Source: Chrysomallon squamiferum (Eukaryota > Animalia > Mollusca). Taken from it: DNA of 64,000 nt. Of this stretch, positions 12,875 through 26,879 are shown in pieces. The notes under the pieces are model-generated. The model saw only the letters and a list, made by a program, of their open reading frames with translations, had not been told where the DNA came from and did not search any database. Position 1 is the stretch's first letter. Each line of letters begins with the position of its first letter. The position numbers were made by a program, and so were the translations under genes. The stretch covers positions 45,198,001 through 45,262,000 of the forward strand of contig CM022665.1 of assembly GCA_012295275.1 (NCBI GenBank), in the 5' to 3' direction.

Positions 12875-15624
12875 TTTAAAGTGATATTCCAGTATATCGG
12901 AATAATAAAGAATATATCAAAATTCCACCAAACTAGAAAATGTCCACTGATTAACTTTCTTCAATGAACCATCAGTTTAGTTAAAACAGTTTTATTAAAT
13001 ACCTAAACAACAGAATGTGAAATGTTCCATTTTTAAAAAAAATTTCACTAATTTATAATACTTTAAACGCAGAAATGCTTTTTTCAAACATCTTAACACA
13101 ATAATATTTATAATTTTCAAATTATTTTTTTTTTTTTTTTTCATATTTGATGACTGAAACTATCTGAAGACAAAGCAAATTTCCTGTTATAATTTTCTAA
13201 GAAAAAAACCTTTTTTTTATGAAACCTTAAAGAAAACGTGAACATGAACTTTTTACAATGTTTAATAAAAAAAAATGGTTTTTTCTTGTAGACCTTCTTA
13301 GAAATAATTATTATATTCTGGTATCTGCTTTCTTAGCTAGAAGAATATATTTGTGAAACCTTAAAGAGAACTCAGATATGAACTTACATGTTTTTAATAA
13401 ACTCTTGTTTTTTTTGTAGACCTTGTTTTAAATAATTATTACAGATCTGTCTTCTTAGTCAGAAGAAAGGGGACATACCTGAAATGATTGTACTGAAGTA
13501 AAGAGAATGCATTTTGAAATATGTAATTGGATTCCTTTTGAAATTGTCGATTAGGTCTGGGACAACACTTTTTTGAAAATAATACTCGAATTTATGAAAT
13601 GTAATTCAAGACTGTTACTGAGAAATGAAGACACAGTTTTGAAATTATTATTCAGGACAAAATATTTTGGTGGAAAGCTTAAAAAAGATTTTGTCTTTTT
13701 TTTTGGTTAATAACAATGGTAACAGAGGGTTTCATTTCTAGTATCATTTAGACACAATCAAAATGAATTATTGATTGTTTTAATGTTATCCCTAAACGAA
13801 TCATAAGTATGCAACAAAATAGCCATTTTGAAATATTTTGTGATTATATACATACTGATTAATTTCTATCAAAAATAACACTTTTTTTTTTACTTATTTA
13901 CACTTTTATACCTATCTGGCAAATTCCACAAAATATCATTAATTTTAAATTAGTATTTCAGTATCAAAAGAAAATGTAATGGGATTTTTTTTAGATAAAA
14001 TAAAACATTTTTTATAACCTGAACATAATAATCTTTGCCAAAATCACTACTGGCAATTCACACTGGCCCTTGCAGTAACAACTTCATGTTAAAAACACTT
14101 CATATAATATACAAACTCTTGGACATAATGCTCAATGTCATTGGCTGATAAAACAACCAATCAAATGACAAGATACATCAAAGCTAAAGATTGCTACTTT
14201 CAATATTTTGAATTGGTTTCAATGATTCTTGTGCATTTAAATGCATTTAACTACGAAATGAAAGTTTCACCAATTCTGAAAGGGTTAAAGTTTTGAACAC
14301 AAATGTATCAAGAGACAGATAAATCTTGAACTGCCCATAACATACTTCCAAATCAAAACAATCCTGTAACACTAAAATTATATTAATATAAACAAAATGC
14401 TGTTCATTAATATTATCCATCTTTTCCCCACAACAAATCTCAATTTCTAACATTTTAACTCAATCAACTTTCTTAGAACTTTTTAAATTTTAAAAATTAA
14501 ATTTTTTTTTTTTTTTTGAAAGAACTTCATTTAGTGAAGTTATTAGCATTTCAGTTTTATAAAACAGCTTCATAAAAATTACATTTATTGACAGTTAAAG
14601 AAAAGAGAAGACCATCTGAGACTCAAATAAAAATATCTACACATTAACAAGTGGAAACCATGTTAAAACATACAATAATAAAAAAAATAACACCACACAA
14701 TAACACCAAATGTCAATCAGGTAAAAATTATTTTAAAATATAAATAACAATATGAAAAGTGTAAAAATACGTTTAAAAATATCTTATAAAAAGTATCCAT
14801 CTTTAATATATAATAATTCATTCTCTATTTTTTTTTCTTACAAATCAAATCAAATGTGACTTGTTCCAACAAAAGGTACAGTAAGTTGTGTTTGATTTTG
14901 TGTTGCTATTTTGGGAGGTGGGGTTACATTTATTAATTATCATTATTTTTTGTTAATGTTAGTTTTTGTTGGGGTTATTTTGTATTTTTAAAAAACATTT
15001 ATATGTTTATTTACAAGTATTAAGAAAATTTAGTGTTTAAAACAATACAGGACATACTGTATGACATTTATAAAGTTATAATGCTGACATAATACTTTTT
15101 GAATAACATAACATCAGTCAGTGAACCATGTATTCAGTAATTCAGCTTTACTAAACTAGCAGATGGTTGAGAAAGAAGGTGAACAAAATAATAAAAATAA
15201 TCAGTAAAAGTTAATCTCATCAACTTTCTGTACCTTTACTTGAAACTGGTCATTAATGCTAACAATATCTTACAAGATTAAAAAATTTGCTTTTCTTGGC
15301 AGAAAAAAATAAAAAATAAAAATATAAATAATAAATAAAAAAATATACATATATATATGATATTAAAATAAATAAATAAGTAAAAACTACATACATTCAT
15401 TATATTGGTTTTTCTGCCAAAAGAAAAAAAAAAAAAAAAAAAAATGCTCAATAATTCTAGGACACAGGTAAGTAAGTACACAAATTTAATTTAGAATTAC
15501 CATACTTTTTTCTTTCTTTTTTTTTAAAGCAGAAACTGACATTATTTAAAAATAAAAAATAAATATATTGAACACAAATAATTATTCAGTTATCACCAGG
15601 CAACCCACTTTAGCTTGCAGTCAG

Positions 15625-15910
15625 TATCAGAATCCAGACAATCTACATCATCTCCAGACAGTCTACACCAGAATCCAGACAATCTACATCATCTCCAGAC
15701 AGTCTACACAAAACTCCATACAAACCAATTCTCCTCCCATATCAATTTCCTATATCTATCTCCCTATTTCCCCCACACCTGTCTGCAATCTACATGTCTC
15801 TCCAGACAGTCCACACCTGTATTAAACAGTCTACATCAGTCTACATCAGTCTACATCAGTCTCTAAAAAATCTACATCAGACGAGTAACAATCAACACCA
15901 GAATCCATCA
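15625..15910. repeat. Compound tandem repeat (39-bp unit plus 10-bp CAGTCTACAT subunits)
   Basis: CAGAATCCAGACAATCTACATCATCTCCAGACAGTCTACA occurs twice, with degenerate copies, and (CAGTCTACAT)x3 at about 15827-15860. Confidence 0.8.
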
Positions 15911-17978
15911 AACTTAATTAATCCTCAACCCATATCAGTCTTCTGGCAGAAGTTTCAAAATAAAACCACAAAAAGACAATAATTTACAAAAAAAAGACCA
16001 AGACTTTTTTTAAAAATAATTGCGTTACATTAGCTATAAAAAAATAAAAAAAATATTTTTAACATAGTAAAATATAAAAAAAATATATAAGATATTAAAA
16101 AATAAAACTTCCAAATTTCAAATGAAAATGTTCGTTCACAGTTTGTGTGTATAAAATAAGTATTCTCTGTGTGTTATTTAAAGTATATCGACACTGATGC
16201 AGTGACAAATGGAAGATTAACTCTCTCGACTGTTTCCATAGCGAAAAAAATATACATACTGATAAAAAAACATTAAAAAAAATTGTAACACATTTTAAAT
16301 ATTTTTACATGTTATTTATCAGAAATAAAATGGGTCTGTATTAATTTAGTTAAATTATAATATTTATCATTTGTTTTTTTAATTTATATTTTTATTTTAT
16401 TTTATTTTATTTTTTTATTAAATTTTCATGATGCATTTCTTTCTTACCTTTATAATATTTTTTTTTTAAACATTTTTTGTTTTTTTTGTGTTGATTCTCA
16501 GAAATGTGAGAAAAAACTACTGGATAAACATATTTAATGTATGAATGATTTACTTATTAATGATAATAATAAAACAAGCAAAAATGAGCAAAAAATTTCA
16601 AACATTCCTTATTTACCATTCTCTGAGGGGTTTTTCTATATCTATGTACATAAAAAAAATTAAAATTAAAAAAAAAAAAAAAAAAAAAAATCATGGCTGT
16701 AAAAACACAAACAAAGGAACAGATATCCTAAATCTTAATAGGATTCCTACTTTACCAACATACTTTATGATTAGCAAAGACTAACTATGAAAATACAAAC
16801 ATGGCACATGGCATAAATCTCAAAACGGTTGCTGTTTTACTATCATGCTTTATCGTTAACAAAGATTGGATTGTAGTAGAAAAAATAAATTTACATGGAA
16901 ATACGCAAAATATTTTTTACAGTTTTATCCAACTGTTGTATCGTAATTAATAAAAATGTAAAGAAAAGTGAAACACTTTGGAATAACACTTCACGTTGTG
17001 ATTCATCACATTCTTGTATTTTCTTACTTGCTTATTTGTAAAGCCTGCTCAGGAATAATGGAATGTTTTGTTAATTGTGGTTTCTTTTCTATTATTATTA
17101 TTCTCTTTTAAATAAAACAAAAATAAATAAATAAAATAAAATATTAAATGCAGACTACATAGATAATTTTTTATCTTTTAATCATTATTTTCTTTCTTTT
17201 TTTTTTTTTTTTTTTTAGAAAGAGAGTGGATAAATAACACAATAAAAAAAAAAATTAATAATAATAATAATTTGAGTTTCAACATTTGTTTGTCTATAAA
17301 ATTAAAGGTAAATTATCTTTTTTCTAATTTTTTTTATTTTTTTAAATTTTTTTTTATTATTATTATTATTTTTTTTTTAGTTTGTCTTGATCATCAAAGT
17401 TCCAAACAGGTCATGAGTCATTTTTGGATAACACTGTTTATGTTCACTTGGCTTTTAATGAAGTAGGAAAATGAAATTAATTTTGGAATGATTAATGAGT
17501 ACCTGCTCATCAGTTGTAACAGTTTATAAAATAACTGTTTTAGTATACATTTCGTAGTCAGTGAGCATAAAGGGACTAAAACAAAATATTATTTTTATTA
17601 AGAAACATATTTGGAAGACATGGAATTATTGTGTGAGAAGGGAAAAGTTGAGAGGGTTCTGTCTCATTTTTCTTTTCTTTTTTCTTCTCTTTATAAATCA
17701 GTAGGATTCAGAGTTTTGGGGGGGGGGTAATCTTCTTCTTCTTCTTTATAAAGATTCAGTTAAGCAACAGTTGTTATAACTTATTTTGTTTGGGTTAGAG
17801 TAGGTATGTATTTCTAAGACAAAATATTTATTAATTCTACTAATTAATGAAATAACTAATTTAAAAAAAACAAAAATTAATTTCTCTCAAAAATATGAAA
17901 ATAAATTGTAAATAATGACACAAGGACGTGACGTTTAAAAAGAAAATAATTTAAAACAAACAAATAAAAAAATAAATA

Positions 17979-18013
<35 letters not shown>

Positions 18014-18565
18014 TAATGAAACAATAATAATAATAATAATTATTATTATTATTATTAGCAGACGTAGAGAAGCAGCTGATGAAGAAATTATTATTATAAT
18101 AATCTTAATAAAATATCATATCTTTTTTTCTGAAATTCAACCTCTTTTTCACTATTTAAAAAAAAAAAAACATAAATAAAAAAAATAAAAATAATTAAAA
18201 AAAGGAACAGTAGTAGTAGTAGTAGTAGTAGTTGTAGTAGTAATAATAATAATAATGTTTTTTTTATGAAACATGCATAGAAATTAAGAGACAGGTAAGA
18301 CTATACAGGTATACAAAAACATGCTAGGTGCTGGGGAGTATATTCTTTCTAAGATATGAAACAAAATATTTTATGAAAATATAATAAGCAAACAGTGCAT
18401 TTTAAAAATAATATATAATGGATGTGTTTAAACTGTGCACGAATTCTTGAACAAAAATTGTAATAGTATTATAGTAATGGTGACAGTAGTTTTAATAATA
18501 AAAATAATAATAATAATAGAAATAATAATAATAATAATAATAGAAATAATAATAATAATAATAGA

Positions 18566-18596
<31 letters not shown>

Positions 18597-19332
18597 GAAA
18601 TAATAACAATAATAATAATAATAATAATTATATAATAATAATTTTTAGCATTAAAACACTCACATCATACAATTTTTTGAAAAACCCCACACTGCCAACA
18701 TTATTAACTTTTGTTTGCTAAAGCTGATATTTAAAAATAATCACATTTACTGATGAATGTCTGAAAGTTTACACTGCTAACTGAACACAATGAAACAAGT
18801 TTCAGACAAGATGGAACCTGCTGTTACTGATAAACATTCATCTGCTTTCTGTCTTCAACAAGACCAATCAGAAACCAGTTTGAGATCATGTGATCATTTC
18901 CTCCCCAATAACATTACTGATGTTATATTGAATTTACATAGCAAAAGGTATTTTTTTTTTTTTTATTTACTATGCACAGATTATACAGATTTATGTTTTC
19001 AATCTTGTTTGCAAACAAAAGTATAATAGTACTGACATGGCATTATTCTTCAATGTAATCCAAACAAAAAAAACAAAAAAAAACAAAAAGCAGCCAACTT
19101 TCAAAACGAAGGGAGATAACTCCAAATCATTATAGCACTAAACCATCTTTCCCATTATTAAAAATAAAACACAAACAGAACCTGTGACACACTCCATAGC
19201 ATTACGTCTTTAGGTGAGTGTGTGAAAATGTTGATTTTTGTTGTTCTTATTTTTTTACTTTTTTATATATATATATTCTTCTTTTTTTTTTAAAGCGCCC
19301 TTGATTTAAAATAGCTGCATTCTGATGACAAA

Positions 19333-19364
<32 letters not shown>

Positions 19365-19383
19365 CTTCTTAGTCTGATTCACA

Positions 19384-20443
19384 TCATAGAATAAAACAGC
19401 GCATCTTCTTTTTCTTTGGAGATGGCTTCACTGGTGGCCTTTCCTCCAACTGGAATTTTCTGAAAAAAAAAATTAAAATAACAAAACTGAATGTTCAGTG
19501 TTTCCATACACACACACACACACATCTCTATTATTTCTACTACTAATACTACTGCTGTTATTGCTGCCAACTTTACTATTACCACATTAACTATTCCTAT
19601 ATGTAAATACATATTTAAACAGTTGATATTTATATTAATTGAAAATTAAATATTAAGCTGTATCGTAACTGGGCATTTATGATGTGAGTGATCTTTTTTT
19701 CTAGAAACCTAGCTGCAACCGAAATCAATGGTTTCTGAAATGTGCCTGGTTGGGATACACCATTAGTCATGCTATTTCTCTACAATGATGGCACGAGACA
19801 GGAATTCCATTAGCTAGTTATTCATTTATTACACAGTGATAACAGATTCTTTTAACAGAAAATATCCACAAAACTAAAAAACAGAAATTAACTCATTTAA
19901 TAATTAAATTGTCGAGGTGTTGATTACAACAGTAAATAGCATAAAAAAAGAAACCAAAGTGAAATGATCCAGTAACTGGTTGGAATGGGAAATTACATTA
20001 AATAAAAGTTTGCCATGTTCCTTGTTATTAATGCTACAGTGACTTTGTTACATTCTGCTTCTAAACGGATCTGAAGAAATTATAAAAACAATTTTAAATT
20101 TTAAACTAATTAAAAAATAAAATACCTGATTATTCGCACCAGCTCGTAGAATGCCTGATCAACATTAGTTCTATTTTTGGCACTTGCTTCCACCAGCTTT
20201 ATTTTTAATCTTCTCGCCAATTCAAGGCCTGCTTCCTGACTCACCTAAATAAAACAAAACAATGTTAAAACAGATCATTTATATACTTTTAAAAAATTTA
20301 AAAATATGTCAAATGTTTCTTACAGAATTTTGGTCTCGCCTGAATAATGTAATTTCTGTAAATATAATTCAAAATAAATACTTTTTGAAACTCAAAATAT
20401 GTTAGAGGATGTTTAACAATCTTACATCTCTTTATTATTATTA

Positions 20444-20511
<68 letters not shown>

Positions 20512-20795
20512 TTTATTATTTTTATTTTCATTATTTTACTACTACCACTGCTACTGTTATTATTTACATTGTTATTATTACCTTTATTTTTATCATTATC
20601 ATTATTACTACTACAGACAGATGTATTAATGTATGTATGTGTGTCTGTATGTATGTATGTATGTATTTTAAGTATCTATTTTTTATTATTGTTGTTATCT
20701 TCATCATACTTAATATCAATTACTACCAATAACATCATCAGCATCATCATCATTATCATTACTACTATTACTACTTCTACCACTACTGCTGCTAC

Positions 20796-20839
<44 letters not shown>

Positions 20840-21594
20840 CTCTCTGGTGTTCTAAGTCAGACTTGTTGGCCACTAAAACCATAGGAAACTCGTCCCTGTC
20901 TTTCACACGTAAAATCTGTCTGTGGAACTTGTAGATTTCATCAAAACTGAAAAAAAAAACACCAAAAACAATATATATTTACTTATGTGATTTTGTCAAT
21001 CTCATTAAAATTAAGCTGATAAAAAAGAAGAAGAAGTAATTAATTATTTCTTGTAAGTACGTGTATTTTAAAAGTGCCTATATTTATGTTTTTCAATACT
21101 TCAAAATATTTTTTTTTTTTTTTTTTAGAAAACCAATCTTTAATAACAATAAAGTATAATAATGTAATAAACTGCACCACAATACACAAAGGCTGTTACA
21201 TTTATTTCTGTGATGTCAATTTGTTTTTTGCAATGTTAAAACATTTTGTAATCTACAGTTGATTTTAAAATTAATTTTTTGAAATCGGTAGTAAATATTT
21301 TAATCTAATCTTGAAAGTCTGTTGATTTTTTTTTTTTTTTTTTTTTTGTTGAAGGGGTTGTTGTTTATTGGACTGCTGACTTAAAAACATAATTATATTC
21401 AGGTAATTCACACCTGTATCATGAATGCAATATTTACCTGCTCTGGTCAGTCACTGAGTAGGCCAGCAAAAATCCTTCACCTGACCTCATGTACTGTTCT
21501 CTCATAGCACTGAATTCTTCCTGTCCGGCAGTGTCCAAGACTGAAATAGTAATAATAATAACAATAATAATAATAATAGTAGTAGTAGAAGTAG

Positions 21595-21626
<32 letters not shown>

Positions 21627-24600
21627 ATAAAAGTAGTAGTAGTAGTAGTAATAATAAATAACAATAACAATAACAATAACAATAATAATAAAAGTAGTAG
21701 TAGTAGTAGTAATAATAACAGTAATAATAATAATAATAAAATTAGTAGTAGTAGTAGTAATAATAACAATAATAATAATAAAAGTAATAATAATGATAAT
21801 AATAATAATAATTCTAGAAACAAGATGTGTAACAATAAAACAAAAGTAAATAAATAAATAAATAAATAAATATGAATATATATTTAATAATAAATAATAA
21901 AATATGATTAATAATGATAGTAATAACAACAGCAATGAAAATAATAATAAAGTATAGTAATATATTTTCATACTATTAGTTGAATATAAGACAAATAGCT
22001 CTCTGAAAGAACATGATTCTGCTTGACAAAATCAGGTATTTGTGAATTTTAAAATTTTCAACAAGAATAATAATCATCATATCTAATAATAATAAAAATA
22101 ATAAAAACAACATTTGAAAATTAGTAATGTTTTGTCACACCACCATTAATACTAATACTACTACTACTAATAATAATAATAATAATTGTTTTAAAACATA
22201 ATTATTTACTCCAAATCACAATTAGTTATCCTGGGCATTTTCAGAGAACTTTTCAAAAAATGATCTCCAGTTTTGACAGTCTCTTAAAGGTTTGCCATAT
22301 CTCATCTACATTTTGTTGACAATAATTAGGATCATAGGATATTAAATAAAGAAAACTATATATTTGTTTACAAAATTTAATACACTAGGATATTGAATAA
22401 ATAAAACTCCTGTACATTGTTTACAATAATTCAAATTATTAAATAAAGAAATAAATAAATATTAAATAAAGAAAACTCCTCTACATTTTGTCTACAGTAA
22501 TTAAAAAACACTAGCATATTAAATAAAGAAAACTCCTATATATTTGTCTACAGTAATTAAAACACTAGCATATTAAATAAAGAAAACTCCTCTACATTTT
22601 GTCTACAGAAATTAAAACACTAGCATATTAAATAAAGAAAACTCCTATATATTTGTCTACAGTAATTAAAACACTAGCATATTAAATAAAGAAAACTGCT
22701 GTATATTTGTTTACAATAATACAGATACTGGGATATTAAATAAAGAAAACTCCTATATATTTGTTTACAATAATTAAGATACTTGGATATTAAATAAAGA
22801 AAACTGCTGTATATTTGTTTACAATAATACAGATACTGGGATATTAAATAAAGAAAACTCCTATATATTTGTTTACAATAATTAAGATACTTGGATATTA
22901 AATAAAGAAAACTCCTGTATATTTGTTTACAATAATAAAGATACTGGGATATTAAATAAAGAAAACTGCTGTATATTTGTTTACAATAATACAGATACTG
23001 GGATATTAAATAAAGAAAACTCCTGTATATTTGTTTACAATAATACAGATACTGGGATATTAAATAAAGAAAACTCTTATATATTTGTTTACAATAATAC
23101 AGATACTGGGATATTAAATAAAGAAAACTCCTGTATATTTGTTTACAATAATACAGATACTGGGATATTAAATAAAGAAAACTCCTGTATATTTGTTTAC
23201 AATAATACAGATACTGGGATATTAAATAAAGAAAACTCCTGTATATTTGTTTACAATAATACAGATACTGGGATATTAAATAAAGAAAACTCCTGTATAT
23301 TTGTTTACAATAATAAAGATACTGGGATATTAAATAAAGATAACTGCTATATATTTGTTTACAATAATACAGATACTGGGATATTAAATAAAGAAAACTC
23401 CTGTATATTTGTTTACAATAATAAAGATACTGGGATATTATATAAAGATAACTGCTATATATTGGTTTACAATAATAGAGATACTGGGATATTAAATAAA
23501 GAAAACTTACTATCCAGCCTGGCCACAATGTCGTCAATGACGCACTGTTTTGTATAAGAATCCTCAATTGTTGGGTCATAATCTGTGACAAAATATGACT
23601 GAAAAAAAAAAAGCCGCAAAGAAACAACAACATTATTTAATGTATATTTAATGATTAATTCTGGCTGTATTGTCATTACAACCATCATTATCAAACACAG
23701 AATCAGAAATTCTGTGATAAAAATACAACTACAAAAACAAACAAAAATAAATATAACCATTATTTAATGTATGTTTAATTATTAATTCTGGCTGTATTAC
23801 TATTAGAACCAACATTATCAAAAGTAGAATCAGAAATTCATAGATAAAATATGACTGTAAAACAACAACAACAACAACAACCACAACAAAAACAACAAAA
23901 CACTATTCTTTAATGTATATTTAATTATTAATTCTGGCTGTATTACCGTTAGAACCACCATTACCAAAAGTAGAATCAGAAATTCTGTAAAAGCAAGTTT
24001 CTATTACTGCAATGGCTGTAACTTACAAGATGTAGCAAGTGTTAAATTATTATATTAGTACTGCTACAACAACAGTAACAACAACTGCTACTCTTCTGCT
24101 ACAACAATCAGCTTATACTGATGTTACTACCAATATTTCTACTAAACCTGCTACTACTACTACTACAACTTTTATTACTCCTTCTACAGGTACTGCCACT
24201 ACCACAACAACTAGTATTACCACTACCATTTCTACTATTATCACTACCACTACTACTACTACTGCTGCCTCTATCACTACTACTATTACCCACTAATACT
24301 ATTTTTATAACTATCATCCACTATTACTATTACTATTACAACAACTATTTTGCTGTTAACTAAAACTAGTAACTAAAACCAGTACTTCTGTTTCTGCTGC
24401 TTAATGGAGGCAGTCATTACTGGAAGGATTTTGTTACAACAGCATTTAAAATATAAATGTTTATCAAATACTAATAATAAATATTACAATAATAAATGTC
24501 ATTGTTTAATCATGATAAGTATCGGTGCATGTGAAGGGCATGCATGTATTTATGTGTGTAATGTAAAGAATGTGCACTTACAAATGAACAAAAAATAATG

Positions 24601-25390
24601 ATGTGTTGTATGCATGTCTGACTGTGCTATAAAAAGATTTTATCTTTAAATGTAAATAAATAACAATAAATATACAGTTGTTTTGCCAAGGCAATCTTTT
24701 TGGGGAGATTATGTGACAATAAAATACAGTTCACCTGATACTAGGAAGTTACAAAGATTCATAAAACAGTTACATTTAAAATTACAGCCTTTGTATCCTT
24801 TTCTTCTCAATTATTGTTATTTTGTGCACCTGCTACATATGTGTGTATGTGTTTGTGTGTGTGTATTCAATTCTACACGTGTTCAAAATTTGTTACAAGA
24901 CATATAATAATTATTATTATTAGGTTTACATTTTTTGTTTTTATCTAAATTTCTATTTAAAAAATTCATAAATAAAACTTCTCTGATTAAGACGATTATG
25001 ATTTTTTTTTTTTTAAACTTTCAGTTAAGTTAGTGCAGAAATTAACAATAAACACTGTGCACAAGACCATACTTTGTCAGATATATTTATATATATTTAA
25101 ATGCTTAACCTATTGTCATAAGAGTTGCTCACAACTAGAACTAATTTATATCACTGCATTTTGACATAACATTCCAGATGCTTGGGTAAATTTTCAAACA
25201 GGACAAGCTGACTAGCCCTTGTCATGGTTTAACAGGCTGGGATTGGTATTACATATTAATGTTGTTGTTGTTTTTTTCATTACAGTATATGTAATAATAT
25301 AGTTATAACATGTTTTGTAAATACATACACACACATAATAATAATAACTATGATTAAATAAATAATACTGTTTACTTTATAATATAAAAT

Positions 25391-25426
<36 letters not shown>

Positions 25427-25753
25427 ATTTGGTTAAACTTAAAGTTACTTATTTTCAAACATTTCTGACTGACTCTTTTCTAGAACATTTTTCATACATT
25501 GTAATGCAAAAAATCTTGACCTGAAAAGGAACTTTGTAAGATAGTAGTGCTTCGTGGTAACAATAACAACGACTAGAAGTAGGTGACCGAATTACTTGCA
25601 ATGTAGCAATTCTGCAACAGAGGGTGCGACTAAGGAGGAGGGAGTTACCTGAATAAACTGAATGGTTAAGGCACTTTTTCCAACACCACCTCCCCCAACC
25701 ACTACCAGCTTGTAGCTCTGGCTGTGACTTCCCGAATCCTGATTCCGGGACAT
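19384..25753 (-). CDS. RRAS2: Ras-related protein R-Ras2 (TC21)-like small GTPase, 199 aa
   Basis: Exons (minus strand): 25753-25649, 23598-23511, 21540-21438, 20946-20838, 20244-20126, 19459-19384 (600 nt). Translation [58 protein letters not shown]...[22 protein letters not shown]...ANKSD...EASAK...[37 protein letters not shown] is the R-Ras2 signature. Confidence 0.96.
22330..23510. repeat. 54-bp minisatellite, about 21-22 copies, in RRAS2 intron 2
   Basis: Unit GGATATTAAATAAAGAAAACTCCTGTATATTTGTTTACAATAATACAGATACTG. It gives the 18-aa periodic pseudo-ORF 22674-23633 and ends exactly at the exon 2 donor. Confidence 0.95.
23582..23990. repeat. About 3 tandem copies of a ~130-145 bp unit that includes the RRAS2 exon 2 acceptor
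   Basis: TTTAATGTAT...ATTAATTCTGGCTGTATT...AGAATCAGAAATTC recurs three times (about 23635, 23763, 23908). Confidence 0.85.
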
Positions 25754-25886
25754 CCTGAGGCACCCTCCCTTCCCTGATTATGTTTAGCCCCCTCAATGTT
25801 TGGGCTCCTCTGAAGCTTGTTGTTGTTTTTCTCCTCCGACACTACTTTTTGATGAAGCGAAGCAGATTAATCATCGCGACCACTTA

Positions 25887-25897
25887 ACCCGGAAGTA
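25887..25897. promoter_or_regulatory. ETS/GABP-type site in the RRAS2 promoter
   Basis: ACCCGGAAGTA (core CCGGAAGT) about 135 bp upstream of the RRAS2 ATG, in a locally CpG-containing patch. Confidence 0.55.
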
Positions 25898-26879
25898 TTT
25901 TTTTTTTTTTTTTTTTTTACGTTATAGTTTCTGTTTCGTAGAGAACCAACAAAAATTTAAAGAAAACGCTAACAGCGCAAAAAAAAAAAAAAAAAAAGAT
26001 TTTTAAATATATATTTGCTTTATTTACTTAAACTAACGAAACCATTATTACTGTTCCTATTTTATAGAAAAGAAAAATTAAAGATACATAAAATAAAGGC
26101 TAGTCTTCTAAAGGTCAGTTTAAAGTTACTTTCAACCTAATTATCTATTTACATATTAAAATACACAAAACAAATAAATATTCGTTATGTTAAAACAGTT
26201 AATTATTTATCTGTTCCGTCATGCATATCTGATAATAAAGAAATATAGTCTAATTTTAACACCTTTCTTTTATTTTATTTTATTTTTTTTTTGTTTGTTT
26301 CTTCTTTCTTCTTTATTTATTTAGTTAGTTATTCATTGTCTGTCAGGTTAGTAAATAAATAATTAAATATTCCTCAGCGCTCGGATGAAAGATACACAAA
26401 GTAAATTAGATTTTTGATTCAGAACAATTAGTTATACGAGATTCTTTTTCTTTTTTTCTACTACCTAACCTATTTAATTATAACTCATATATTTTAATGG
26501 TTTTGGGTTTTTTGTGTGTGTGTGTGTGTTTTTTTTTTATGATAAATATTATTTAATATTTTCCCTTTTGAATTCCATATTTTTCTTCTTGTTTTGAGGA
26601 TGAATAAGAATGTTTAGTTTGTAATGGTAATGAATAGGTTTTGAGAGCATTGACTTTGTTTTGATTTTTGAAATAAAAAAACAGAAACAGAATTAATTTT
26701 ATATTGCTTTTAATGTTGAAAACTTTACTACCATTTATATTTATTTATTTTATTTAATATTGTATTTTATTTATTTATTTATTTATTTATTTCTGTTTAT
26801 AATTAAACACATCTTGAAATTATTTTAACGCAATCATTTATATATATTGTAATTACAGTCATCAAGTCCGATAATCGTA

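Noticed and set aside
20040-20075. Possible alternative RRAS2 last exon (K-Ras4A/4B-like)
   Set aside because: Splicing there gives R-S-V-stop with no CAAX box and an intron of only about 55 nt.
22674-23633. 319-aa ORF with an 18-aa repeat
   Set aside because: It is a translation of the 54-bp intronic minisatellite, out of frame with RRAS2 exon 2.
25455-25796. 113-aa ORF over RRAS2 exon 1
   Set aside because: It is an alternative frame with a non-ATG start that reads into the intron; the true frame starts at ATG 25753.
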